A DNA stretch of 64,000 nt from positions 8,170 to 72,169 of the forward strand of contig JAZKCQ010000025.1 in NCBI GenBank assembly GCA_040388015.1, given 5' to 3'. Source of the stretch: Verrucomicrobiota bacterium (GTDB lineage Bacteria; Verrucomicrobiota; Verrucomicrobiia; Verrucomicrobiales; Akkermansiaceae). This document shows positions 1 to 10,458 of this stretch, one piece after another; positions within the stretch are counted from its first letter, which is position 1, and each line of letters opens with the position of its first letter. The notes below the pieces were generated by a model. It was given only the letters and a program-made list of their open reading frames with translations, searched no databases and was not told the DNA's origin. The position numbers and the translations under genes are program-made.

Positions 1-21
1 TGAATGCCGCGCCCCCGGTTT

Positions 22-1047
22 TCAGGCGTCCGCAAACATCTCCCGCGCCGTGTAGGCCATGCCGATGGCCGCGGCGGCGTCGCCTCCGCTGGCCCATTCG
101 AACTGGGTGGTGATTTTTTCGGGATCGATCGGGCTGCGGCGGTAGACCGGCCACGCGCGGTCGGCGAACCCTTCCTCGATCCATTCCATGTATTTCTCAC
201 GGAAGGTCGTCTCCGCCAGGCCGCCGCCGATGACGACGAGGCCGGGATCGAACGAGCGGACCATGTCGGCGATGGCGTAGCCGAGGATGTATCCCTGTTG
301 TTTGAAAATCTGCACGGCGAGCGGGTCTTCTTTTTCCGCATACTCGCGGAGCTTGAAGGCCTTTTCCTCGACCGGAATTTCTGGATCGTTCAGCGGGTGC
401 TCCGACCACTCCAGTTTCGCCAGCTCAAGGCCAAGGCGGCGGCGCAGCGCCACGAGCGAAACCCAGGCTTCGGCACAACCGGTCAGTCCGCAGGAGCATT
501 TCGGAAGGTGGCCGTCGTCCTCGCGGAAGGGCACGCTGATGTGGCCGACCTCCAGGGCCATGCCGTTCGCGCCTTCATAGCCGCGACCGCCGGGCATCAC
601 CAGACCGCCGCCGAGGCCGGTGCCGGGAGCGACTAACAAAAGACTGCCGAGGTGCTTGCGGCGCAGCGCGTATTCCCCGAGGGCGGCGGCATTGCCGTCG
701 TTGGTCATGTGAACCGGCACGCCGGTGCGGGCGGAAAGCTTGCCGCGGATGTCGGTGCCGACCCAGTCGTCGCCGAGATTCGCCTTGCCCCAGATCACGC
801 CGTCGCTGTTGGGAGCCGGCACGTCGAGTCCGATGCCGGCGATGGCGCTCTTCTCGATTCCAGCGCCTGCGGCGAGTTGGTCGAGCGCCAGGTCGAGCTG
901 GCCGAACGTCGCGTCATAGCCGTTTTTCACCAGGCTCCGGACCTCTGTGAGCGGCCCGACCTGCTCGGCGAGGTGATTGACCAGAACCGCTTTCACCGTG
1001 GTGCCGCCGATATCGAGGCCAGCGTAATAAGAAGAGTCGTTTGCCAT
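22..1047 (-). CDS. ROK family sugar kinase (glucokinase-like)
   Basis: GLDIGGT ATP motif, NDGNAAALGE, GTGLGGG, EVGH and CSCGLTGCAE zinc motif. Start moved to ATG 1047 (MANDSS); the upstream ORF extension is antisense to apaG. Confidence 0.92.
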   Translation of the reverse strand: MANDSSYYAGLDIGGTTVKAVLVNHLAEQVGPLTEVRSLVKNGYDATFGQLDLALDQLAAGAGIEKSAIAGIGLDVPAPNSDGVIWGKANLGDDWVGTDIRGKLSARTGVPVHMTNDGNAAALGEYALRRKHLGSLLLVAPGTGLGGGLVMPGGRGYEGANGMALEVGHISVPFREDDGHLPKCSCGLTGCAEAWVSLVALRRRLGLELAKLEWSEHPLNDPEIPVEEKAFKLREYAEKEDPLAVQIFKQQGYILGYAIADMVRSFDPGLVVIGGGLAETTFREKYMEWIEEGFADRAWPVYRRSPIDPEKITTQFEWASGGDAAAAIGMAYTAREMFADA

Positions 1048-1200
1048 GATCCGGAGACTGTTTTCCCGGCCGATAGCTGTCAAGGAATTGGGCGGGACGG
1101 CATCGGGTGAAACTTCGTGCCTCCGGGGTCTGGCGCGGCTGGGTCGGTTGGCGGGCTTTCGTGCTTGGCAGGCCATGCAACACACGGAACGATGGACTTC

Positions 1201-1587
1201 ATGGCAGGTGTGATCCGGGAATTCGATGGGCTTCGCGTCAAGGTGGACGACGTGATCTACATGCCCAGTCTCGACGCGCCGCAGGACAAGCCGCATCCGT
1301 TCGTGTATTTCATCTCGATCCACAACGACTCGCCGGTGCCGGTGACGATCCGCGGGCGGAAATGGGTGGTGCAGGAAGACGAGGGGGAGATCGCCGTGGT
1401 CGAAGGGGACGGCGTGGTGGGGCAGACGCCGGTGATCGAGCCGGGCGGGCATTTTTCATATAACAGCTACCACGTCGTGTCGCGCGGGGCGCTGGCTTCC
1501 GGAGCGTTTTTCGGGGAGACGGCGACGGGGGACTGGATTTTCGCGCGGATTCCGGAGTTCCGGCTGGAGGTGCCGAATTGGGCGTGA
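1201..1587 (+). CDS. apaG: ApaG domain protein
   Basis: FVYFISIHN, RKWVV, VEGDGVVGQTPVIEPG, FSYNS and IPEF motifs. Start 1192 or 1201. Confidence 0.9.
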   Translation: MAGVIREFDGLRVKVDDVIYMPSLDAPQDKPHPFVYFISIHNDSPVPVTIRGRKWVVQEDEGEIAVVEGDGVVGQTPVIEPGGHFSYNSYHVVSRGALASGAFFGETATGDWIFARIPEFRLEVPNWA

Positions 1588-1590
1588 GGA

Positions 1591-1612
1591 GATAGGACTT
1601 ATGGGTCCTATC
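1591..1612. repeat. Short hairpin between convergent genes (GATAGGAC-TTATGG-GTCCTATC)
   Basis: Perfect 8-bp inverted repeat between the stops of apaG and the 5-FCL gene. Confidence 0.5.
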
Positions 1613-2141
1613 AGCAAATGACGGCATCCATCATGACGTCGTGCGATTCTGGAAACGTGTCCGGGACCATCTGGAACTCGAAACAAATACCGAGCTTGAG
1701 CGCGTCGGGACGAGCGCGGGCGAGCATGCGGTCGTAGAACCCGCGGCCGCGGCCGAGGCGGCCGCCGCTTTTGTCGAAGGCGAGGCCGGGGCAGAGGAAG
1801 GCGTCGATTTCGGCGATGGGGGTTTCCTCGGAACTATCGTCGGGTTCGAGGATGCCGAATGAGCCGGTGGCCAGGTTGCGGCCATGATGAAAGCTGAGAT
1901 GATGGCCGGTGATTTTCGGATAGACCCAGTCGATGTCGGGGCGGGCGAGGAGGGTTTTCGATAGATCGACCTCGCCGGGAAGCGGGGAATAGACGGCGAT
2001 GGTGCTGAGCGCGGGGTGGGCGAGGAGCCAGCGGTCGAGGGCGGCGCAGGCCTTGTCGGAGGAGGGTTGCGGGTCCCTCAGCTTTTCCCGCATGATTTTG
2101 CGGAGCTGGGATTTCGCGGGTGTTGGATCGGGAATTGCCAC
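1611..2141 (-). CDS. 5-formyltetrahydrofolate cyclo-ligase
   Basis: KSQLRK N-terminus, GILEP, PGLAFD..GGRLGRGRGFYDR and HDVMMD motifs. Confidence 0.93.
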   Translation of the reverse strand: MAIPDPTPAKSQLRKIMREKLRDPQPSSDKACAALDRWLLAHPALSTIAVYSPLPGEVDLSKTLLARPDIDWVYPKITGHHLSFHHGRNLATGSFGILEPDDSSEETPIAEIDAFLCPGLAFDKSGGRLGRGRGFYDRMLARARPDALKLGICFEFQMVPDTFPESHDVMMDAVIC

Positions 2142-2177
2142 TTGCCAAGGATTGGTCTTCTCCCATCCTTAGTCCTG

Positions 2178-2741
2178 ATGATGCGTTTTTGGCAAGCAGC
2201 GGCGGTTTTTTGCGCCACGGTTCCACTCCTCGGAGCGGCGGAATCGGGAACTGGGTTTCCGTGGGACCCGCCGAAGGTGGTGGCGAGCGTGTTTACGGAA
2301 GATCTCGGCATGCTCGATTCCGAACGCGACGAATACGCGACCAATCTGGCGACCGTGGCGTCCAACCACATCGCCACGGCCAAGGCATCGCCCGCATCGC
2401 TCGCGGACGGCCGCAAGATGCTCGCCCTGGCGCTCCAGCTTTCCCCGCGCAACAAACGGGCGGTGGTGGTGAATTTCCAGCTTTCGAAGGGCATCCTGCC
2501 GGAAATCGTGGAGAGCAATTACAGCCCGCCGGTGTTCGCCCGACTGATCCTCACGCGCGGTCAGCTTCTCGCAAAACAGGGCGGCTCGGAAAACCAGAAG
2601 CTCGCCCGCTATTTCATCCAACTCGCGGCGGAACTGGACCCGAAGAACGAGGATGCGGTGTACGCCAGCGAAGTGCAAAGGCTCGATCACGGAGCGGTGA
2701 ACTGGGCGGCGGTGACGGATGCGGAGGGGAAGAAGAATTGA
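2178..2741 (+). CDS. Hypothetical exported helical (TPR-like) protein
   Basis: Signal-peptide-like N-terminus; ALQLSPRN and AAELDPKN TPR-like turns. Confidence 0.7.
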   Translation: MMRFWQAAAVFCATVPLLGAAESGTGFPWDPPKVVASVFTEDLGMLDSERDEYATNLATVASNHIATAKASPASLADGRKMLALALQLSPRNKRAVVVNFQLSKGILPEIVESNYSPPVFARLILTRGQLLAKQGGSENQKLARYFIQLAAELDPKNEDAVYASEVQRLDHGAVNWAAVTDAEGKKN

Positions 2742-2838
2742 GTTTTCCAGCATACTGATATGAATGCACACATCGGTCTTCGCGTGAGAATCTCACACCT
2801 GCCGGAGCCATTTCAACGAGCCAAATTTCATTCCCATC

Positions 2839-3300
2839 ATGCCCTCCGAAATTGAACGCAAATTCATTGTCGCGGATGATTCGTGGCGAGACGGCTCGCC
2901 GGGGGTTAGAATCTCGCAGGGCTATCTTTCCCAGGATCCGGAGCGGACGGTGCGGGTCCGCATCGGCGGGGAGAACGCCTGGCTGACGATCAAGGGACGG
3001 ACGCAGGGGATCACTCGGGCGGAATTCGAATACGCGATCCCGGTGGCGGAGGCGCGGGAGCTTTTGGGACTGTGCCTGCCCTCGGTGATCGACAAGACGC
3101 GGCACAAGGTTTCCTTCGGCGGGCATGTGTGGGAAATCGATGTGTTTCATGGCGACAACGACGGCTTGGTGATCGCGGAGGTGGAGCTGGCGGATGAGTC
3201 GGTTTCGCCGGAGCTGCCGCCGTGGATCGGCGAAGAGGTTTCGTCGGACGCGCGCTATTTCAACTCGTGTCTGGCGGCCCGGCCTTACGCGAATTGGTAG
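2839..3300 (+). CDS. CYTH domain protein (triphosphate tunnel metalloenzyme)
   Basis: EIERKF, QGYL, VRVR, LTIKG, EFEY, KTR, WEIDVF and AEVEL motifs. Confidence 0.93.
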   Translation: MPSEIERKFIVADDSWRDGSPGVRISQGYLSQDPERTVRVRIGGENAWLTIKGRTQGITRAEFEYAIPVAEARELLGLCLPSVIDKTRHKVSFGGHVWEIDVFHGDNDGLVIAEVELADESVSPELPPWIGEEVSSDARYFNSCLAARPYANW

Positions 3301-3337
3301 CTGTTCGGGAGCGCCGGGATAATCTTGAATCTCCCGC

Positions 3338-3365
3338 TTGCCAGAGGCGGTGATCTCCTTACCCT
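3338..3365 (+). promoter_or_regulatory. Possible sigma70-type promoter for ilvE-mcsA-mcsB-clpC
   Basis: TTGCCA-N16-TACCCT just upstream of the ilvE ATG; sequence resemblance only. Confidence 0.3.
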
Positions 3366-3380
3366 TGGCCAAGAATTCAC

Positions 3381-4250
3381 ATGAAAATCTGGCTCGACGG
3401 TAAATTGGTGGACGAATCTGAAGCGAAGGTGTCGGTCTTTGACCACGGTCTTCTCTACGGTGACGGCGTTTTTGAAGGCATCCGTTTTTACAACGGACGC
3501 ATCTTCCGCTTGGAGGAGCACATCAGCCGTTTGTTCGATTCGGCCAAGGCGATCATTCTGAACCTGCCCTGGACGGAAGAGGAAGTTTGCAAATTCACCT
3601 GCGACACGGTCGCTGCGAACGGGTTGACGGATGGCTACATCCGCCTCGTTGTCACCCGTGGTGCTGGTGAACTGGGGTTGAATCCCTACCTGTGCAAGAC
3701 GCCGTCGATGTTCATCATCGCTTCGACGATCCAGCTTTATCCCGAGGAAACCTACAAGAACGGCCTCGCGATCATCACCTGCGCGACCCGCCGCCCGGCA
3801 CCCGGCGCGCTGATGCCGCAGGTGAAATCGTTGAACTACCTGAACAACATCATGGCGAAGGTGGAGGCGATCCAGGCGAACGCCCTCGAAGCCGTGATGC
3901 TCAACGAACAGGGCTACGTGGCCGAGTGCACCGGCGACAACCTTTTCCTGATCAAGAAAGGCGTCTTGCTGACGCCGCTGATTTGCGACGGAGCGCTGGA
4001 CGGCATCACCCGCGCGGTGATCGTCGAGCTGGCGGAGAAGCTGGGCGTGCCTTTCAAGGAGTGCTCATTGACACGCTATGATATCTTCACGGCGGATGAA
4101 TGTTTCCTCACCGGCACAGCGGCTGAAGTCATCCCGGTGGTCGCTCTCGACCGCCGCGTCATCGGCACCGGCAAGCCCGGCCCATTCACCGCCCGTTTCC
4201 TCGAAGCCTTCCACGAACTCGCGATGAGCACTGGCACTCCCTTTGCTTAA
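3381..4250 (+). CDS. ilvE: Branched-chain amino acid aminotransferase
   Basis: DHGLLYGDGVFEG, VKSLNY (PLP lysine), ECTGDN, LDGITR and FLTGTAAEV motifs. Confidence 0.95.
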   Translation: MKIWLDGKLVDESEAKVSVFDHGLLYGDGVFEGIRFYNGRIFRLEEHISRLFDSAKAIILNLPWTEEEVCKFTCDTVAANGLTDGYIRLVVTRGAGELGLNPYLCKTPSMFIIASTIQLYPEETYKNGLAIITCATRRPAPGALMPQVKSLNYLNNIMAKVEAIQANALEAVMLNEQGYVAECTGDNLFLIKKGVLLTPLICDGALDGITRAVIVELAEKLGVPFKECSLTRYDIFTADECFLTGTAAEVIPVVALDRRVIGTGKPGPFTARFLEAFHELAMSTGTPFA

Positions 4251-4271
4251 ACGGGTAACGAACCCATTCCC

Positions 4272-4781
4272 ATGAAGTGTGATTTCTGCGACAAAAAGGC
4301 CACTGTTTTCCTGACGCAACTCGTCGAGGGACAGATGAAAAAAGTGTGCCTTTGCGACAATTGCGCGAAGGAGCGCGGAGTCACCGATCCCACCGGATTT
4401 TCCTTGGCAGACCTGCTTTTGGGCGGCCTGCCGGGTGGTCCGGGAGTGGTCGCCACAGGGACCAAGACGGCTGCTCCCGGGAATGGGAAACAGTGCGTCA
4501 CCTGCGGGTTCACGCTGGATGATTTGAAGCGGGTGCGCCGGTTCGGCTGCAGCGACTGTTATGGCACATTTGGTGACGAAGTGTCACAGATGGTGCGCGG
4601 AATGCACAAGGGGACCTCGCACATCGGGAAGGTTCCCGAGGGACTGATGGCGATTCAATTCCGCCACCAGCGGATCGAGGAACTCCGCTCGAGGCTCGAT
4701 CAGGCGATCGCTTCCGAGAGCTACGAAGAGGCCGCCGGGATCCGGGACGAGATCCGGAATCTGGACGAGGTCAAACATTGA
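4272..4781 (+). CDS. mcsA: McsA, protein-arginine kinase activator (CxxC x4 + UVR domain)
   Basis: CDFC, CDNC, CVTC and CSDC motifs; HIGKVP; C-terminal UVR motif ESYEEAAGIRDEI; position before mcsB. Confidence 0.93.
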   Translation: MKCDFCDKKATVFLTQLVEGQMKKVCLCDNCAKERGVTDPTGFSLADLLLGGLPGGPGVVATGTKTAAPGNGKQCVTCGFTLDDLKRVRRFGCSDCYGTFGDEVSQMVRGMHKGTSHIGKVPEGLMAIQFRHQRIEELRSRLDQAIASESYEEAAGIRDEIRNLDEVKH

Positions 4782-4803
4782 ACATTTCATTTCTGAAAAC
4801 ACC

Positions 4804-5931
4804 ATGATGCGCTTCACCACTCTGATCAAACACCCCGCCGATTGGATGGCCGGGGGGCAAGGGGAGCATGGTGCCGTGCTCACTTCACGGATCCGTTTGG
4901 CGCGGAATCTCCGTCGGCATCCGTTTCCCGGCTGGGCGAAGCGCGACCAACGCGCCGCTGCCCTCGATCTGATGCGCCCGGCGGTGGAATCGCTGCCGGC
5001 GATGAAAGGCGCGTTTTCCCACGAACTCGGGGATCTGACTTCGGTGCAAAAGCAGGTGCTCGTCGAGCGCCACCTGATTTCCCGCGAACACGCCGCCCGC
5101 GGTGACGGTTCGGCGGCGGTGATCGAGCGGCGCCAGACGTTCAGCCTGATGCTGAACGAAGAAGACCATTTGCGGATGCAGGCGATTCGTCCGGGATTGC
5201 AGCTGACAGCGGCGTTCAACGCGCTTTCCGAGCTGGATACGGAGTTGGAGGAATCGCTGGAATTTGCGTTTGATCCGACGCTCGGCTACCTGACGACCTG
5301 CCCGACGAATCTCGGCACCGGCTTACGGGCTTCGGCGATGTTGCATCTTCCTGGACTGGTTCTGAGCGATCAGATCGGCCAAGTGCTGCAGGCGGTGAAC
5401 AAGATCGGCCTCGCCGTGCGCGGTCTCTACGGAGAGGGCACCGAATCGCTCGGCAACCTCTATCAAATTTCCAACCAATCGACACTCGGTGAGAGCGAGG
5501 AGACGATCATTCGTCGCCTCGAACGGGTGATTTCCCAAGTCGCCAATCACGAGCAGAATGCCCGGGAGAAGCTGCTGGAGGACGATCCGGAGATGGTTTC
5601 CGATAAAATCGGCCGCGCCTACGGAGTTTTGCGCTATGCGCACATCATCGATTCCAAGGAAGCGCTCAATCACCTTTCGTTGCTGCGCCTCGGCGGAACC
5701 CTCGGGTTTTTCGCCCCGGAAACGGTGATGCTCTGCGATACCCTGCTGATGGACATCCAACCGGCACACTTACAGCTACATTCGGGCCGCAAGCTTTCAC
5801 CCGAGGAGCGCGACTCGATTCGTGCAGAAATCGTGCGCTCGCGTTTGCATTCACTCGAATCTCCTGATAATCGTATCTCATCAAACGATGAAAAGAATTT
5901 TCCAGACACACCTAACCCCGGCGACGCATGA
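4804..5931 (+). CDS. mcsB: Protein arginine kinase McsB
   Basis: SRIRLARN, NEEDHLR, GYLTTCPTNLGTGLRAS and YQISNQ.TLG guanidino-kinase motifs. Confidence 0.95.
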   Translation: MMRFTTLIKHPADWMAGGQGEHGAVLTSRIRLARNLRRHPFPGWAKRDQRAAALDLMRPAVESLPAMKGAFSHELGDLTSVQKQVLVERHLISREHAARGDGSAAVIERRQTFSLMLNEEDHLRMQAIRPGLQLTAAFNALSELDTELEESLEFAFDPTLGYLTTCPTNLGTGLRASAMLHLPGLVLSDQIGQVLQAVNKIGLAVRGLYGEGTESLGNLYQISNQSTLGESEETIIRRLERVISQVANHEQNAREKLLEDDPEMVSDKIGRAYGVLRYAHIIDSKEALNHLSLLRLGGTLGFFAPETVMLCDTLLMDIQPAHLQLHSGRKLSPEERDSIRAEIVRSRLHSLESPDNRISSNDEKNFPDTPNPGDA

Positions 5932-8474
5932 ATAACTTCACCCCACGCGCTCAACAAGTCCTCGCTCTGGCCCGTAAGGAAGCGGATCGATTCAACCACT
6001 CCTATGTCGGCACCGAGCACCTGCTGCTCGGTCTTATCAAACTCGGCCAAGGTGTGGCCGTCAACGTCCTCGAACGGATGGGCCTCGAGCTCGAAGCCGT
6101 CCGCATGGAAGTTGAAAAAGAAGTCGGTTCCGGACCGCCACAGAAGGCTGCGGGAAACATTCCTTACACCCCACGGGTGAAAAAGGTCCTCGCTCTTGCG
6201 AACAAGGAAGCCAAGGCCCTCAACCATTCCTATGTCGGCACCGAGCATTTGCTCCTCGGCCTGCTCCGTGAAGGGGAAGGAGTGGCCGCTCGCGTGCTCA
6301 AGCGCCTTGATGTGGATATCCAACGGACTCGCAACGAGATTCTAGCGGAAATCGATCCGAACTTCTCGCCTGATGATCAGGACGACGATGATGACGATGA
6401 GGAAATCGAAGACAGCGACGGACCTTTCGAAGACGAAGGACAAGCCCAAGCACCGAATGCCGAAGGCGAAGGCAAATCGAAGACTCCCGCGCTCAAGGCA
6501 TTCGGCCGTGATCTAACGAAGGTTGCCCGCGAGGGTGGCCTCGATCCGGTGATCGGCCGCGAAAGCGAGATCGAGCGCGTCATTCAGATCCTCTGCCGCC
6601 GGACGAAGAACAACCCGGTGCTCATCGGCGAAGCCGGTGTCGGCAAAACCGCCATCGTCGAGGGACTCGCTCAGGAAATCGCCACCGGCAATGTTCCTGA
6701 AATCCTCCGCGACAAGAAAGTCATTACTCTCGACCTTGCTCTCATGGTTGCCGGTACGAAGTACCGCGGCCAGTTCGAAGAGCGCATCAAGGCCGTCATG
6801 GACGAGATCCGCAAGGTGAAGAACGTCATCCTTTTCATCGACGAGCTGCACACCATCGTGGGTGCCGGTTCCGCCGAAGGTGCGATGGATGCCTCCAACA
6901 TCATCAAGCCGGCTCTGAGCCGCGCGGAACTTCAATGCGTGGGAGCCACCACCCTTAACGAGTATCGCAAATACATCGAGAAAGATTCGGCCCTCGAGCG
7001 CCGCTTCCAACAGGTGAAAGTGGACGAGCCATCCGTGGATGACGCGATCAAGATTCTCCAAGGCTTGCAGGAGAAATACGAATCGCACCACAAGGCCAAG
7101 TTCACCCCCGCAGCCATCGAGGCTGCGGTGAAACTGACCTCGCGCTATCTAACCGCACGTTTCCTGCCGGACAAGGCCATCGACGTTCTCGATGAAGCCG
7201 GAGCCCGCGCGCGGATCGGCACGATGACTCGTCCGCCTTCGATCAAGGAGCTGGAAGCCGCCATCGAGCAGATCAACCGCGACAAGGTCTCCGCGATTGC
7301 CGAGCAGAACTTTGAGAAGGCCGCCGCTCTCCGCGATGACGAAAAGCACGCGAAGAAGAATTTGGAGGAAACTCTCAAGAACTGGCGCTCCTCCTCTGAA
7401 GAAACCATCGTCACTGTCACTGATGACGACATCATGGCGGTCGTCGCCAAGTGGACCGGCGTTCCGCTCCGCCGCATGGAGGAGAAGGAAGCCGAGAAGC
7501 TCCTCAAGATGGAGGAAGAACTCAAGGGCCGAGTGATCGGTCAGGACGAGGCGGTTGTCGCTATTTCCAAGGCGCTGCGCCGCTCGCGTGCCGACCTCAA
7601 GGATCCGCGCCGTCCGATCGGTTCGTTCCTTTTCCTCGGACCCACCGGTGTTGGAAAAACCTATCTCGCCCGCAATCTGGCGGAGTTCATGTTTGGCGAT
7701 CCGGATTCGCTCATCCAGATCGACATGTCGGAATACATGGAGAAATTCACCGCCAGCCGTCTGATCGGTTCGCCTCCGGGTTATGTCGGATATGAAGAAG
7801 GTGGCCAGCTTTCCGAAGCCGTCCGCCGCCGTCCATATTCGGTCGTGCTCTTCGATGAAATCGAGAAGGCGCATCCGGACGTGATGAACCTGCTGCTGCA
7901 AATTCTGGAAGAAGGCACGGTGACCGACTCGCTCGGTCGCAAGATCGACTTCCGGAACACGATCATCATCATGACCTCCAACGTCGGAGCCTCGACCATC
8001 AAACGCCAGACGACCCTCGGTTTCGGCGCGATGAATGCGGACGACGCCGACCACGACGGCATGAAGGACAAGATCCTTGAGGAGTCGAAGCGCTACTTCA
8101 AACCGGAATTCCTCAACCGTCTCGACGGCCTCGTGGTGTTCCACATGCTGGAGAAAAAGGACCTCAACCAAATCGTCGATCTCGAAGTCGCGAAGCTGGT
8201 CAAGCGCCTCAAGGAAAAGGAAATCCACCTCACCCTCACCGAAGAGGCTCGCGATCTCCTTTCCACCAAGGGGTTTGACCCGGCTTACGGAGCACGCCCG
8301 ATGCGCCGTGCGGTCGAGCGTTTCTTGGAAGATCCTCTCGCTGAGGCCCTGCTCCGTGGCGACGTAAAGCCGAAAGATTCGGTCAACGTGGTCAAGAAGC
8401 CGGATACCGAAGAACTCGACTTCGTCTCCAGCCGCCCCGAGCCCGAGCAGGAAGTCAGCGAAGCGGGGGTCTAA
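5928..8474 (+). CDS. clpC: ATP-dependent Clp protease ATP-binding subunit ClpC
   Basis: Two Clp-N repeats, Walker A GEAGVGKT and [11 protein letters not shown] middle domain; ATGA overlap with mcsB. Confidence 0.96.
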   Translation: MNNFTPRAQQVLALARKEADRFNHSYVGTEHLLLGLIKLGQGVAVNVLERMGLELEAVRMEVEKEVGSGPPQKAAGNIPYTPRVKKVLALANKEAKALNHSYVGTEHLLLGLLREGEGVAARVLKRLDVDIQRTRNEILAEIDPNFSPDDQDDDDDDEEIEDSDGPFEDEGQAQAPNAEGEGKSKTPALKAFGRDLTKVAREGGLDPVIGRESEIERVIQILCRRTKNNPVLIGEAGVGKTAIVEGLAQEIATGNVPEILRDKKVITLDLALMVAGTKYRGQFEERIKAVMDEIRKVKNVILFIDELHTIVGAGSAEGAMDASNIIKPALSRAELQCVGATTLNEYRKYIEKDSALERRFQQVKVDEPSVDDAIKILQGLQEKYESHHKAKFTPAAIEAAVKLTSRYLTARFLPDKAIDVLDEAGARARIGTMTRPPSIKELEAAIEQINRDKVSAIAEQNFEKAAALRDDEKHAKKNLEETLKNWRSSSEETIVTVTDDDIMAVVAKWTGVPLRRMEEKEAEKLLKMEEELKGRVIGQDEAVVAISKALRRSRADLKDPRRPIGSFLFLGPTGVGKTYLARNLAEFMFGDPDSLIQIDMSEYMEKFTASRLIGSPPGYVGYEEGGQLSEAVRRRPYSVVLFDEIEKAHPDVMNLLLQILEEGTVTDSLGRKIDFRNTIIIMTSNVGASTIKRQTTLGFGAMNADDADHDGMKDKILEESKRYFKPEFLNRLDGLVVFHMLEKKDLNQIVDLEVAKLVKRLKEKEIHLTLTEEARDLLSTKGFDPAYGARPMRRAVERFLEDPLAEALLRGDVKPKDSVNVVKKPDTEELDFVSSRPEPEQEVSEAGV

Positions 8475-8514
8475 ACTCCATAACTCAGGCATTTCTGTCC
8501 GTTTTAACTCAACC

Positions 8515-8545
8515 AAAGCCCCGCCTCGCGCGGGGCTTTTTATTT
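8515..8545 (+). terminator. Rho-independent terminator after clpC
   Basis: AAAGCCCCGC-loop-GCGGGGCTTT followed by a T-rich tail. Confidence 0.85.
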
Positions 8546-8658
8546 CCCGGACAAATCGGGTGATCTCCGGCGATTGACCTTTGGCTTGCGTGGAGTCTGG
8601 TTTTGTCCACTCTTTGGGACGGTCTTGGTTCCCCTCTTGCCTTGTCGTCGTCTGTGTC

Positions 8659-9546
8659 ATGGTTCGATTTCCCCTCAAAACACGCATCCTGAGTCTGGTC
8701 ATGCCGGTGATTATTTCCGGGGTGCCCCATTTGGATGCGCAGGTGACTCCCCCCAGAACCTCCGCGCCGAAGGTGGTGGTTCCCACTGCCAACCGGCCGA
8801 TCGCACCTGTCAGACCTCCGGCCGCCCCCGCTTCCCGGATTCTCTATCCGTGGAAAACCCACGTGACTTGCACGATTTTCTGGATCGGCGAGCAACCGAC
8901 GGATCGCAACCCCACTCCGAATTCAAAATCCTCGTGGGATCAGAACTGGTCCGCCAATTTCGGAGGATACGACGATCCCGAGCCCTCGAACCGGCTGGCG
9001 AACCATACGACCGGCGAGTTCCGGCCGAAAAATTTCGTCCCCAAGCTGAACCCGTTCTACATCGCGCTACCCTACAACGACGTGCTGGGTTACGGTGCCC
9101 ACAAGCCGGAAGCTTCGCGGGTGATTCCATGGTTTGCCCGGATGCGTCCCGAGCCGGGTCGCACCGTTTGCAAGGGACGTTGGGTGCAGATTTACAACGG
9201 CAGCCGCAGTTGCTACGGCCAGTGGGAGGATTGCGGGCCGTGGGTGACGGATGACTGGGAATTCGTCTTCGGAACGAAGCCGCCGAAGACCACTCAAAAC
9301 GGTGCGGCGGGGATCGATCTGTCCCCATCCATCCGGGATTATCTCGGACTTCGCTCGGGACAGAAGGTTCACTGGCGCTTCGTTGAAGAAGGCCAGGTGC
9401 CTTATGGACCTTGGAAAAAATACGGCCAGGAAACGCCCGGAGCGAACAGCGCGGACCTGGTCGCCCAACAGAAATATCTGGAGTATCTGAGAAAACTGCG
9501 GGACGAGCAGTATCAGAAGAAGACGCTCAACCAGATGCAGAATTAA
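8659..9546 (+). CDS. Exported protein with probable double-psi beta-barrel (RlpA/expansin-like) domain
   Basis: Signal peptide, Pro-rich linker, YIALP, WEDCGPW and GIDLSP motifs resembling DPBB signatures; fold is inferred. Confidence 0.65.
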   Translation: MVRFPLKTRILSLVMPVIISGVPHLDAQVTPPRTSAPKVVVPTANRPIAPVRPPAAPASRILYPWKTHVTCTIFWIGEQPTDRNPTPNSKSSWDQNWSANFGGYDDPEPSNRLANHTTGEFRPKNFVPKLNPFYIALPYNDVLGYGAHKPEASRVIPWFARMRPEPGRTVCKGRWVQIYNGSRSCYGQWEDCGPWVTDDWEFVFGTKPPKTTQNGAAGIDLSPSIRDYLGLRSGQKVHWRFVEEGQVPYGPWKKYGQETPGANSADLVAQQKYLEYLRKLRDEQYQKKTLNQMQN

Positions 9547-10262
9547 TCGGCCCAGACGCCGGTTTTCAGAAAGTGCAGGCTGAGGCGGATGGCCTCGGGG
9601 TGCATTTGAATGAAGGTGTGGTCGGCATTGATCACGCTGAACCCGCGCAACCCGTCGATGCGCCCCTTGGCGGAGGAGACGATTCCGTCGTTTTCCTCGC
9701 CGAGCAGTTTTTTGAAAACGGGAATGGGACAGCGGTTTCCCATGATCACCGCCGCTTCGATTTCGGGAGGAAAAGCCGGGATATTGCGGGGAACTCCATC
9801 GCTGCCGAGCGAGCGACCCGCCGGACCGAGCACACGATGGAGCAGGGGATGGCCCTTAGACCAATCCACGATCTCACTGCCTCGGTTGGGTGGCGCGAGC
9901 ATGACGACCTTGCCCATTTTCCATGAGACCTCCTCCGATAGCAGCGAACGGGCGAGGATTCCGCCGAGAGAATGGGTGATGAAATGAACCGGCTGATCCT
10001 TCGAGATTTTTTCAATCTGCGAGCGGACATGGGATACCAACTTGGAAATCGGCATCCGGCCCGAAGGATAGGGGACGTTCAGAGTGGAAAACCCCTCTTT
10101 CTCCAGTGCCCGGGCCAGCGGCTGCATCGCCCGCCAGCCCCGCCAAAGGCCGTGGAGAAGGACAACGGGCGGGCCTCCGCGATCATGCCAACGGGAGCGA
10201 TCCCAAGGAAACGGCGGAGTCAGCATTTCAGCCCGGTCCCGCCATTCGGTGAATTTCTGCAT
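9543..10262 (-). CDS. Alpha/beta hydrolase (lipase/esterase-like)
   Basis: VVLLHGL, THSLGG nucleophile elbow, APPNRGS, NDGIV and HTF motifs. Confidence 0.88.
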   Translation of the reverse strand: MQKFTEWRDRAEMLTPPFPWDRSRWHDRGGPPVVLLHGLWRGWRAMQPLARALEKEGFSTLNVPYPSGRMPISKLVSHVRSQIEKISKDQPVHFITHSLGGILARSLLSEEVSWKMGKVVMLAPPNRGSEIVDWSKGHPLLHRVLGPAGRSLGSDGVPRNIPAFPPEIEAAVIMGNRCPIPVFKKLLGEENDGIVSSAKGRIDGLRGFSVINADHTFIQMHPEAIRLSLHFLKTGVWAD

Positions 10263-10458
10263 GCGCGGTAATATGGGTGGAAAACCGGCTGTTGCAACCT
10301 TTGCCCCTACAACGAAGTGACCTGATTTTTTGCAGAAAAACTTCATCCTTCGCGAAATTTCGGATTCGCCGTGTAATAAGGGTTCATTCTTCTTGACTCA
10401 TTTTGCATCGGGGCCTAAATCGCCGCCCCCAAACGAACTTTTTTACCTCTGTATTCCC

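Noticed and set aside
2142-2177. 6S RNA upstream of 5-formyl-THF cyclo-ligase
   Set aside because: Only about 36 nt separate it from the divergent gene, leaving no room.
5990-6262. Direct DNA repeat in the 5' part of clpC
   Set aside because: It simply encodes the two Clp-N repeats ([14 protein letters not shown]).
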